Positions 1 through 12,154 of a DNA stretch of 64,000 bases are shown here, piece by piece. The stretch lies in the NCBI GenBank assembly GCA_021613535.1, contig CP075496.1:186001-250000 (forward strand), written 5' to 3'. The number at the start of each line of letters is the position of its first letter. The first letter of the stretch is position 1. The notes below the pieces were generated by a model, which was not told the DNA's origin, ran no database searches, and was given only the letters and a program-made list of their open reading frames with translations. Made by a program: the position numbers and the translations under genes. The stretch is from Adineta vaga (lineage: Eukaryota > Animalia > Rotifera).

Positions 1-279
1 TTAATTATCTACTTTTCCTAGACACTCTATACAATTGACCTCTGGGACAATAGTATCCGCAGTGATGAACTAGTACGTCGTATTAAGGATATACTCAAAA
101 CAAATAGATCTCGGAACTAATCCCATAAAGAACTTGGAAGATGAACATTAGATACAAAACAAATGTTTTTTCTATTCATATTATAAAAGTTTTAAAAAAA
201 AGTTCTAATAGCGATAATATATGTCAATATGATATTTCTGTGATAAGTGGAATAGAAAGACCATAGTCTATCGATTCTA

Positions 280-379
280 TTGAGGGTGTGGGTGAGGGTG
301 TGCGTGTTAGATAGATGTAATACTAACACACACCCAAACCCTCACTCACACTCACCCACAACCACAACCACACCCTCAA
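280..379. repeat. Telomere-like palindromic element
   Basis: TTGAGGGTGTGGGTGAGGGTG...spacer...CCACACCCTCAA; terminal 12 nt are exact reverse complements. Confidence 0.85.
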
Positions 380-797
380 GATGGTTATTTATATATAGAA
401 AACATTGTTTGATAAAAAGGTGTCGATGACTATGTTCTATTGTACTATTAGAATAATCAAACTACGTTGTCATTATAACATGAACAGTGCAAAAATATTG
501 TGATATAATTTGATATAGCCATGTGCAACAAAAACAACAACGAAAATGAATGCATGTTTCAATAATACAAATATGTATTAAAAGGAATTTCACGTGAGAG
601 CATTCTACTGTAACGGTTTCAACAACAAATTTTGTGCTCTGAGCTGAGTGCTACTTTAATTAATAGCAACTCAGAGCACATCAAACACAAATCCAATAGT
701 TTTTTTTTTCAAAGTGATATATGATGACCCTTTGCAGTTTCAATGGAGATGTGAATAAAGTACGGTAAAAGTTCAGGGAGAAAACGATATGGTTTGA

Positions 798-3432
798 TCA
801 TTTCGCTTGAATTAGTTTCCGATATGTATTAACTTCAACTTGTAAGTATGCATTTTTTAATTTTGTTTGGCAATAGCAATCAGTTAAGTATATAATTGAT
901 GCTTCGAGTTCTCGAATTTCTATTTCTTGATCATTGATCAAGATTGCATTGTCTACAAAAGAAAAAGAATCATATGTTGCGGTAACAGTTTCAACTTACA
1001 TTCCTTCGTCATACGCAGAACAGCAGGAAGTTTTTCATATTCTCTAAGTGTAACGAGATGTTCATTCTGTAAACGAGTGTATGTATCTGCATTTTCACGG
1101 ATTGAAGTAATTAATTGAAGGAACGATTTGCGAGGAGCTTTAGAAGTTGACGAACCTTTCACTGTAGCCATATTTTTACATTTTTCTTCTATCTTGATTC
1201 TATAATGTTCAGTCAGTTCAGCTTTTTCGGCCTTCGATAATTTATTAAAATCGTCTCTGATGCCTGCTATTGCTCGTACAAGTTCAGTTCGATAAAAAGC
1301 GCTGACATCAATGCAAAGCGACGCTGTTTGTATGGTGTCTAATTCTATTTGGTGTAAATGTGGTAAAAGGTATAATTCCTCGTTTAAACTTTGTATTTGA
1401 CTTTCCAACGATATACGAGCAATTGCTATTTTTGAAAACACGGCTTCCACAAGTAAAACATTGCCACTCTGATCCTTGACTTCTGATACCAGCTTTTCCA
1501 CTCCATACCTTGACTGACCTCTGAGAATATCGAATTGATCTGTAATAAAAGGAATATATATTGCAAAATATTTAAAATTCCACATACCTATTGCCCGAAT
1601 GATGGCAGAATTACTTTCGTCCGAAAGTTGATTATTTCGAAGGTCCAGGAACTCTAAATTGCCCTGTCGTTTAAGCAGCTTGAGAATATCTTTCAAACAC
1701 TCATCTGTGATTCTATTCGAACTAAGATTTAGTTCAAGTAGAGTATTATTGTTGGCTAACATTTTGACGAACGCTTTCATGCCTTTATCTCCGATGACAT
1801 TGCCACTTAAACTTAGTTTTTCTATCGTCGGATGGAAATACAATGCTGCAGCCAACTCCAGCGCCCCAGAATCCGTGATTCCATTGACGTCTAACCGAAG
1901 TTCAACAAGAGTTCGATTAAGACCTAAAGACCAGGCTAATCGTGTTGTGCCTTCATCACCCAAGTGGTTGTTGTCAAGGAAAAGTTGCCTTATAGTTGAT
2001 TTTAATGCTAGTACTTCGGCAAAACCATTTGCAGCATGTATACCCAAGGAATTACAACTGAGAACAATCTGTGTCCAATATACATTGACCATTAACTCGC
2101 TAAGGATGATGTCTGCATCTTGATCATTCAGATTTTTGTTCCAGAAACTGACTCTAGATCCATTACAATTCATATAAATCAACTCTTCTAAATCTTTGTT
2201 GTTGTATGATGGTAATTGACTGGCATTAAATACATCTTTCTTGGGGAGACTTTGTGACACCTCAACCACGACTTTCGGTATACTCACATCTGATACCTGT
2301 GTGTTTATCAAAGTATATTTTGGCAATTCCGATGCCACCATTGGTACTGAACCTTTTTTAAGTGTTTTGTTCAGGAGAGGTACAGTCTTCTGGGTGGTGG
2401 ACTTTTCTTTATCGAACATTTGCCCTAATGATGTTACTTTTACGGCAAGAGTTGGTGATGCAACATCTTCCTTAGTATTCTTGGGCACACCGGATGCTGA
2501 CTTCTCTATTTTGGGTTTTTCGGAATGTTTTTTCTGCTTTGATTTACAAGTTTCATTTGGCGACTTTGCATTCACTGACGAAGGAGTAGTTGCTGATCCA
2601 GTTTCCTTGACATGTATTATATGAAAACCAGGAGCAGGATTGACTTTGCCCAAAACTTGAAATCTTGTTCCCGGTAATAGTAAAATTTCACCCTCGCCCA
2701 TGAAGTACGAATGTGCTCGTATATCTTTACCTGATTGGCATTGTATGTTGAAAAGTGTTCGTTTGCCCGACTTGCCTAAAAACTGGTCTGACTCGAGCAG
2801 ATCGAGAGATTCGGTGCACGAGCTATGTAGAATAGTGTCAAATCAGTTGCATAATATAAAGAGTGAAAAAATTACCTGAATCCCCACCAGACAAAGTCCA
2901 TTCCGGTCAAATAGTCTTCGCTCAAATCACCTGCTATGCCACGCCATACGGTCGTTGCGATTGATGGAAGTCGCGAGAGTGCAGTGAGGAAAAGCTTGAG
3001 GTAAGCAAAGTAGGGAACCACCTGCTTTTGATCTCGTGTTCGAAGAGCAGCATTCATTCGTATAGAGAGAGTCTGATCTCGAGGATGCCAATCCATTGTA
3101 TAAAGATAAATCGCAGCACGCTCATCTTTTGTCAATCCATCTGGCACGTCACGCACATTTTGTTTAGCGATCTTGGCATTATTTAGTACATGGGGTACTG
3201 TACCTTCCTCTTCTAATGTTTTCACAGCAACATGAAGAGGAAGTAACACGAAATTTCGATAATCAATGATTCTAAGTGTATAATAGATTGCTTACATTTT
3301 TGTTGGTAGAGAATCAGACTACACTTACGATGTCGTAGACTCGGGAGATGTATTTTCGACATCAGAAAGACGTTGAGCCAAATTTGTTCTATCGCATTCA
3401 TTAAAAAGCGATGCACATGAAGCTTGAGCCAT
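798..3432 (-). CDS. Arginine-type ADP-ribosyltransferase + RNI-like LRR + intermediate-filament rod fusion protein
   Basis: Spliced model: ATG 3432; GT-AG introns 3272-3328, 2823-2875, 1540-1587, 953-999; stop 798-800. ART triad VWRG / WWGFSSCT / EGEILLLPG; LxxLxLxxNxIxDxG repeats; IF-like coil (LESQIQSLNEEL...ELVRAIAGIRDDF) ending LQVEVNTYRKLIQAK. Confidence 0.85.
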
Positions 3433-3846
3433 GTTTCGTCGTCAATCCAAATGACTACTTCTAAGAAATTTTCTTTTTCATAACTAAGTCTACACAAACT
3501 ATCGATAATGAATCTTTCTCATATTTTTCTGTGCAATTTTTAGGTACAAATCAAACTGAATAATAAGTTCTTTCATACGGAATCTCAAGTAACGATAGCA
3601 CACGCGCTTACTTCCTAGCTATAACTGTGAATTGGTTGCTATACACCTTTGATGCTGTTATAGAAATCGTTTCGAAGACGAACGAAGTAACATGCTGCTT
3701 TCATCCATTTGTCAAGCTTGCACACATATTTTCATTCTTTTTTCTCTTCTCTAATGCACAGCGGCATACAGAAATGCATTCTAGTGGTGGCACTTTTCTT
3801 TTGTAACAATGTCACCGATAATTGATTTTATATGCGCGTACATTAG

Positions 3847-3895
3847 AAGGGTGTGGATTAACAGAATATTCGCTCACCCACGTCCATACCCTCAA
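3847..3895. repeat. Telomere-like palindromic element (degenerate)
   Basis: AAGGGTGTGGA...CACCCACGTCCATACCCTCAA. Confidence 0.65.
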
Positions 3896-5244
3896 TAGGT
3901 CCTACTTAGCGCGTTGGAACATTTCGAAAATGACTTCAACAGATTTTGACTCGTATCATACTCAATTCACTATAGATAATCTTTGTATGCATTGTAAATT
4001 ATGTAAACAAACAAATATATAACGTGATGATATTATCATATAGGAGACGTTTCTAAAATAAACAAATATGTTTTTGTCTTATAGCGTGATGTTGTTCGAC
4101 TACCACCACCTTAAAATGTAGCGAAATATATATATATATATTAAATTTGACTACGCCGATATGCAAGTTTATACATGAAATAGTATAAAGATTGTATATT
4201 TTTTCCTCAAATTCGTTGACGAAAAATAGTTTGTGAAAAGAAAACTGCTTAGTCATCATTTTCATGGATGAAAGTTTAAATAGTTTCGATATCAGTTCCA
4301 TTTTTTATTGTTTATCCTTATATCACTGTAACTAGTAAACAAAATCACGATATTGCATCAAAACTATTTTCTATTGATTATATTTAAAAATACATTATTG
4401 AAATTACACAAATAGTGTCATTTGGTTTCCCAATCATCGCTACTTATTTTTAAAGATTTTGTTAATTGTTCTATGAATTATGTACTTTTAAACTATTTGA
4501 TTTCCATATGGATTGATGATTAAGAAATTTTGTGAATTGAATGATTTAAATATGACAAATTAAATCTTCCTAAACAAAAGAAGTTAATTCTATTGATTTA
4601 CAAATGATAGATGATGAAATAACCATGTATTAACAATTCATTTTTTAAAAGAAATAGAAGGATATGACGATGTGTGTATTCATATAGATATATGCGATAA
4701 TCGTCAATTTACGCAAGAACATAATGAAATAGAACCAATGACTCATTTAATATAAATAAATTCGTTTTTTCCCAACCAATGTTTTCTAATGATGAGTGTA
4801 TACAGATGACTCAAAGTGTATGGTACATTAATAAAATTGAATTTACATATTGATGCGCACTCTGAAATTTCTTTTTACATTTTGTTTTTGTAGAATCTAT
4901 TATATGATTACTAAATTTTATAAAATAACTCTTGATAAATGTATGTAAGGAAACTGACTTTTTATAAAAATAAAATATGGAAAAGTCAATGCTTAATTTT
5001 ACTGAGAAGTTCATAGTGAAGATATATTTGTAATTCAAGATTTTTTCTTTATAAACCACAGTTGAAACTTGTTGTACATTTTCTACCGTTTGTGTTGAAG
5101 TTTAAAGTGTACAATGTGCACCCTCTTCTAGGGTCTCATGAGAAATATTGTTTCGGACTAAAAGAAAGATATGTGAAGACTTTGTCTAGACAATTAAATA
5201 TTGTAATAGACTTTTTAATTATCACTGCACAGAGAATAGCAGTC

Positions 5245-5299
5245 CTTGAGAGTGCGGATGTGGATAAAGAGTATAGCCTGATCCACACCCACCCTCAAG
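5245..5299. repeat. Telomere-like palindromic element
   Basis: CTTGAGAGTGCGGATGTGGAT...ATCCACACCCACCCTCAAG; CTTGAG/CTCAAG termini. Confidence 0.75.
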
Positions 5300-5813
5300 A
5301 TGGATCGAGTTGATCTAATCTTGTTTTTGATCCAACAAAACTCATCGATATAGCATTCTTTTCATATTGATGAGCTCTTTGGTTAAGAGCGTCACAGATT
5401 GATTTGATACCTGTAAAAACACCTTTAATTTTTGACCATTGTTTTGTCCATTGTTCATGATGTTCTTCATTATTGCAGTAGATAAATATTGAATCTAGTT
5501 GATGGATATCATGTATACAAGGTAGAAGAATTTGCCCAATTGATCCAGAAATAATCATACATACATTTTGATGATCAATATCAAGAATAAATTCAACACA
5601 TTTATCATTATCTGTGAATATATTTATGTGCTTGTAGAGTTTTACAATTGCGTTTTGATAGTCTTCGTTGTTTTCACCAAAATATTTATCCAACCAGACT
5701 ACAGTGACAATTTGCAGCTTTTGAACATCGAAACGTTGACACTCCAATGATTTTTTCGAGGTTACAGCGCTTTCTTTACTTTTTGTTTCACCGACTATTT
5801 GTTTCTTGTCCAT
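5295..5813 (-). pseudogene. Truncated N-terminal fragment of a bdelloid-type ART/TPR protein
   Basis: VVWLD...IFTDNDKCVEFI...MIISGSIGQ...HDIHQLDSIFIYC...WSKIKGVFT...LDQLDPS is the typical N-terminus of this family; the ORF stops at the palindromic element and no ART or TPR exons follow. Confidence 0.7.
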
Positions 5814-6294
5814 AAATTTGGTATTTTTTTTTTTGTTTATAATAAGATTATGATTTTAATTGCTCTTTTTCAATGGTTACATTCATGTTGAAAAACAAGC
5901 GACATCAACATGCATCTTTGTCAGTAACGATGGAAAGGTCCTCAGGGAAGATTACACTATTAGCACTGTCTGAATAGATGAGAAAGAAAGAAAGAAAGAG
6001 TGATGAAGATTTCTCTTTCTTTGATTCTCAACCAGATGTCCCTATAAGGTTGAAAGTTAGAAAAAATATTCTTCACAATGTGTAAAGAATTTTATCTTAT
6101 GAACGCCTTTGACAACAAATGACCAGACGCAAATAGATGTTGTTAAAATGAAATATTTGATGCACCTAAATAAATTTTTAATTAGTGAATAATCTTTGAT
6201 TGGTATAAGAGAACGAGTAAAATTGTAACAGAGATGGGTTCATGACCGCGATTTTGGAGAATATAATTTAATATACTATGATAGAGAAATTGAA

Positions 6295-6343
6295 TGAGGG
6301 TGTAGGTGAGAATATATCTCTTGTCTTCAATCTCACATCCACA
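6295..6343. repeat. Telomere-like palindromic element (degenerate)
   Basis: TGAGGGTGTAGGTGAGA...TCTCACATCCACA. Confidence 0.6.
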
Positions 6344-6360
6344 ATACGGTGCTAACTTTT

Positions 6361-6463
6361 GGGTGTGGGTGAGGGTGTGGGTGTGGGTGTGAGTATGGGT
6401 ATGAGTGTAGAGAGACAACTGCCACAAACTCATCCTCGCCCACCTACACCGTCACCCACACCC
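6361..6463. repeat. Telomere-like palindromic element (long arms)
   Basis: GGGTGTGGGTGAGGGTGTGGGTGTGGGTG...CACCCACACCC; five G3 tracts. Confidence 0.85.
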
Positions 6464-6662
6464 TATTTTAGGGCAATCAGAACTAGTAAGCTAACCAGTA
6501 TTATGTTAAGTAAATTAATGAATTTTTTATTTTCGACGAAAGAAAAAATCGATTAAACTTTCGACGAAACGAGAATCCACACATCATTCTAATTAACAAA
6601 GGATTAAATGTCTCTCTTTTCAGTTTTAAAATATCATGGAGAATCAAAAGCGTACTTTCACA

Positions 6663-8555
6663 ATGAAGATGAAAAGAATAATAGCTTGTTCCTTTCTGCT
6701 GTGTCTAAGGTATTGAAGATTTCGTCTTTTTTTCTGAATTTATCTAACTTATTTAATTAAATTTCGTTTTAGTTTGATAGGTTTGTTTACTATTTTTTAT
6801 TATATGTTTATCTGTAATATAATTGTATATAAATAGTTCAAGTAAACTCTCAAATATGTGACAGTACAATTCCATATAGTCGGTGTTCGACTAATAGTGG
6901 TTGTGGATGTTTTCCTATGGTAGGTACTGATAATGTAGGTGTCTGTGGATTTCTTTGGAAGTTCTGTTCTCAACTTGTCCTATGTGGATCATCACAAGAT
7001 TGTTCTCAACCAGATCATATCTGTGTTCATCATTCTCGATGCAACAATGATCCAGTTTGTTATCCATTTTCCCTTATGACTGAAAGTATTTGTCCACCAT
7101 TATCGACTGGTAAGTTGAAAATGGTTAATCCATACTCGTTTCTGAAGTTAAGAATTGATGAATAGTGACAAATACGACGATGACGACCACCATTCCAATG
7201 GAAATGACAACGACAAGTGAGTTTTATCCAAGGGAGTGAATGCCCGCATCCGTTCGATATCTCGATATTTCGACATCCATTCAGCACCTTTTATCGTGTT
7301 TGAATGCTAAATGCCTGCACTTATCCCTTTGCCTTAAAATGAAAATCTTTTAAAGCGATTTACATATATATATTCATAAAAAAGATAGTGGGAAATAGAA
7401 CGCTTATGAAAATTTGGAATAATTTTTTATCCAATAGAGTTGTTAAAATTATTAACTGTAATCATTGATGATTTGTTAATAAACGGTTAGAATTCTCAAA
7501 AGACACAGTATCTTCGTTAAAGCCATAAATAAGTCTTTTATATATCGTTTTTCTTAGATAGAACAACCATTTCGACATCAACGCTGACATCGTCAGTTTG
7601 CGAACCATTCAAACAAGTGCCAAGCGAGTCAATCAAATGCACAAAACCAAAATGGTCCCAACAAGGAATCATAATCGCTGGTACTGGTGCGGCAGGATCT
7701 TCACCTATGCAACTAAAGTATCCTATGGGAATTTTCATCGACCAAAACGATAATGATGCTCTCTACGTGGCAGACCGAGATAATTACCGAATTCAGAAAT
7801 TCGCCCAGGGTTCGAACGGCGTTGGTGTAACAGTGGCAGGAGGAAATGGTGATGGCAGAGCCGACAATCAAATTAGTGGTGTTTATGACATTTTCGTCGA
7901 TTCTGCCCGAAATATATTCATTGCAGACCGCCAAGGTCACCGAGTTCAAAGGTGGGCTGAGAACAGTAGTATAGGTGTGACCTTGGTCGATCTTGAAAAC
8001 GACTATCTTCCTTATGGAGTTTGGTTCAATGAGAAGACAGGAGATCTGTATGTGACAGAAGCTACGGTCTATGTAGGTTCAGGACGTCTAACGAAATATT
8101 CCATGATGAATAGAACGGTTGTAAACAGAACTATCATTGCGCCTCACTTAGAGCTTGCACGTGGTCTCTTTATCGATCAGTGTAATTCGGATGTCTACGT
8201 GGCAGATACCTACGCAAAGACAATCAACAAGTTCAGTACTAGCGGCAATCATGAAGATGGAAGCGTCGTCTTTTCCGGTTTCGAAACGCCAGAAGATGTT
8301 ATAAGTGACTGCTACGGCAATCTGTACGTTGCAGAAAGCGATGTCTGGTACAAAGACCTACCTCCTGTCCGACGGATCAATATGAGAGAGGGTGGTAAGA
8401 GAGAAGCAGTGATTGGCCCTAAATCCAAAAATGCACCCAGATTGCCTACTCCGTATAGTATGGCTTTCGACAGTCAGTGGAATCTGTATATCGCTGATTC
8501 GGTCAATGCTACTGTTCAGAAGTTTCTTTTTGAAGGTGGTGATCTCTACTGTTGA
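6663..8555 (+). CDS. Secreted Cys-rich domain + Thr-rich linker + NHL-repeat beta-propeller
   Basis: Signal-like MKMKRIIACSFLLCL, 8-nt microexon 6773-6780, Cys-rich exon 6837-~7109, Thr exon 7166-7216, last exon from 7558 in frame with the NHL ORF (LKYPMGIFID, LYVADRDNYRIQKF). Confidence 0.8.
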
Positions 8556-9620
8556 GCTTAGTCTTTATTTTCTTGAATTTAAAAGCTGAGTCGAAATAAA
8601 AGTATTGTTAATTTTTGTTTCCATCTAGAGTGATATTGGGTTTCTGACATAGGATATCTTATTAACGAATTCGTTCCTGGGCTCTAAATAGCACTCGACA
8701 AGCCCTATTAATTTCACAGAAGAACACAATTTCTGGTTCTCTCCATAGCCTAGAGATACTGAATGTCGACAAAAGAAAAGGACTGAAATCTTTCTAAGTC
8801 ACTTTTAGTTTTTGTTATCAACTGATTTCAGATAGATCTCAACAATAAGTACTACCAACTTCACACGTTATTTAACACTTTTGATTGCATTGTAGCAGTA
8901 ATAGTGATTCTCTCAAGACTATGACAAATACTATAATTTTTCTAACCATATTGATTAGCGTGATTTATTTATCAAAGGGATGTATATGCATATCTATAAA
9001 ACATATATAACGACATTTAAGCGTGACATAAACTCTCATTTTGTCATTTCTCCTTTTTTCTAATGATATTTTTAAATATTTGAACATAATTTCAATATAA
9101 TACTTTTTTTAAAATTTCTCTTTATTTGATCATTTCATTATATGTCATACTTGTCGTACATTTTTCAGTGATATTATGTTAACAACAGCTTTTTTACTGC
9201 TTTACAGAATGAGGTTGTAGGTGCTGGAAGTATGCAAATATCCAGGGCTGCCAAACCTCCTGATTTTCAATGTTTTGCCAGATTCGATTTATTAGCATTT
9301 TTAACGAATAAAACGCATAAAAGAAAGCGACCACATGTGTGATTACGGGTGTAAATCATTCACTAATTTTCTAGATAGTGAAGGTATGCCTAAATTCATA
9401 GTATTAACCACGTTATCTTTTGTCTGTATCGATCTTCAATGTTCATTGTAAGTCAATCTTTAGTTTTAAAATCTTAAATTACTGATGTCGAAATGAAAAT
9501 GATAATGAACAATTAGCCGAATTGCATAATTATTTAATAAACAATCAAGACTTATCAAAGAGAGTTTTTCTTGGCAGAAAAATATAATGCGTCAGTGCGA
9601 AAGTCAGCCTGTATACAGCG

Positions 9621-9669
9621 TGAGAGTGGGTGTGGGTGAATTGAAGAGTATTAGCTACACCCACAACCT
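9621..9669. repeat. Telomere-like palindromic element
   Basis: TGAGAGTGGGTGTGGGTG...TACACCCACAACCT. Confidence 0.7.
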
Positions 9670-9925
9670 TTTATTTTTGAACTATCATAATCACAATTTA
9701 ATTCACATGAATAAATGCATATTCATCGGTAAATATGTCTGTATCAATCATATCTGGAAAAAAAGGAAATTTTCTTTCGGTAGTCTTATCGTTTCGTGAG
9801 ATTAAGAATATGAAAGAAATAGAATCGTCATTTCAATTATCCAGGGATTAGAAGTGCATTTTTCTATCTTGAAATTTGAATCGTCATATGAAAATTTTAT
9901 TCTTTTTATTCATATTCAATCTACA

Positions 9926-11499
9926 ATGAAAATGAAAATAACAATTAGGTGTTTCTTCGTCCTTCTTTTCAGGTATTGAAAATTTCGTTTTATCTGAATT
10001 ATTCTAAAAATCAATCTATTCCATTTCAGCCTGATAGGTTTGTTTTCAATTTCACAATCTATATGTTCATCTATCATCTAGTTGTCTTCAACAGTTGAAG
10101 TAAATTCTCAAACATGTGACAGCACAATCCCGTATGATCGATGCTCTAGGAACAGTGCTTGTGGGTGTCTACCTATGGTCATTACTGATAATGTTGGTGT
10201 TTGTGCATTTGTTTGGAGATTCTGCTCTCAACTTGTTCCATGTAGACCGTCGGGCGATTGTTCTGATCCAGATCACATCTGTGTTCATCATCGTCGATGT
10301 AGCAATGATTCTGTTTGTTATCCATTGTCAATGTCTAAAGAGAATATTTGTCCACCGATATCAACTGGTAAGTAGAAGAGATTTAATTTAAATGATTTTT
10401 ATTGATGAATAGTAATAACAAATGAGACGACGACGACGACGATTCCAACTGATACAACAACGATGAAATTGGAGACCACAACAAAACGTAAGCTCACTAT
10501 GATGTTTTTCAACTAGGATAATCATCGTTATAGAACTTGTATCGAATAGTCTAGTTAGAACTGTTGATTTAGTCAATGATATATCATATTTTAGGAATCA
10601 AATTCGACAAATGGAGACAAAATGCAACGACTATTGCTGGAGGGAATGGAAAAGGAGACCAATTAAATCAACTTAATAATCCTTTTGGAATTTTCATCGA
10701 TCAAAATAAAAATATTTTGATTGTTGATGAATTCAATCATCGTATTATGAAATGGAAACTAAATGAAAGTCAAGGAACAATTATTGCTGGTAATAATGAA
10801 CGAGGAAACAGAACTGATCAATTGCACAGTCCAACAAATGTGATTGTTGATGAACAAACGAATTCATTGATCATTGCTGATTGGGGAAACAGACGGGTGA
10901 TTCAATGGTTCAATCAGAATCAACAAGAAATTCTCATCGAAAATATCATTTGTTTGGATTTGACAATAGACAAACATGGATTTCTTTATGTTTTGGATTC
11001 TTTGATGAATGAAGTGAGAAGATGGAAAATGGGAGAAGTCAAAGGAAAACAAGGAACATTAGTTGCTGGTGGAAATAGACAAGGAAATAAACTCGATCAA
11101 TTGAATTCTCCTTCATTTATCTTTGTTGATGACGAACAATCTGTTTATATTTCAGATTCTTACAATGATCGTATAATGAAATGGAGAAAAGATGCTCATG
11201 AAGGTGTGATTGTAGCTGGTGGAAATGGAAGAGGAAATAATCTGAATCAATTATCACTTCCCTATGGATTAATCGTTGATGAATATGATCAAATCTATGT
11301 AGTAGATTATCAAAATCATCGAATAATGCGTTGGAAGGAGGGCGCAAAAGAAGGTGAAATCATTGTTGGTGGAAATGGAAACGGAGAAGAATCAAATCAA
11401 TTGTCTTATCCATCGGGTTTATCAATTGATTTCGAAGGAAATCTTTATGTTAGTGATGGGAGGAATAATCGACTCCAAAAATTTGATTTAATTTCATAA
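9926..11499 (+). CDS. Secreted Cys-rich domain + NHL-repeat protein (paralog of the 6663 gene)
   Basis: Same exon layout including an 8-nt microexon 10030-10037; NHL repeats AGGNGxGxxLNQLxxPxGxxxD; ends RLQKFDLIS. Confidence 0.85.
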
Positions 11500-12106
11500 T
11501 GAAACATGAGGAAAAGAAACTGTTTTTTAACTAAAAAGAAGAATGTTAGTGAATAAATCGACATTGATTTACTTTGATCAAATCTTCATTTAGTTTATTG
11601 TTACGAAAGAATTTTCAAGAAAATTCAAATCACCAAAGATATTCTTCAATCAAATAAGAAAATGGAAATAATTTACTTTTAATAAAAATCAAATCAATCG
11701 AAATGAGATTGTTGAAAAAAAACGACATGAATTTTTTCTAAATTGCGTAACGTCGATACTTTTCGAAAGTGTTCTTTTTTTTAGAGTTCCAGGACAATAT
11801 TTATGTACGTGAGATAAATACGTTTTCTGATGATATTAGAAGATATTCATCTCTTCAAGATGCTTCGCTTCAACAATTTTATCAATGAAAAAATTTTGTT
11901 CGATAGGCATTTATTCACTGTTTGAATAAGATGAAAAAATATAGTTTTATCAGTTCCAGTGAAAATATTAATACATACAATAAGTTTCTTAAGTTTTATT
12001 CGGATTTTATTGTAAAAAAAGAATTGATTGTTTTATTTCGATGAGTCTCTCTTATATTTGAAAAACATCATTTTTAAACAAGTACTCTTGAATTATAGTC
12101 TTGAAG

Positions 12107-12154
12107 TTGAGGGTGAAGGTGAGAGAAATAAAATATTCTTACCCATATCCTCAA
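12107..12154. repeat. Telomere-like palindromic element
   Basis: TTGAGGGTGAAGGTGAG...TTACCCATATCCTCAA. Confidence 0.7.

Noticed and set aside
1659-2624. Plus-strand ORFs of 154 and 127 aa
   Set aside because: Antisense shadows of the ART-LRR-IF gene
6182-6556. ORFs with HTHTHT and GVGEGV tracts
   Set aside because: Translations of the telomere-like repeat
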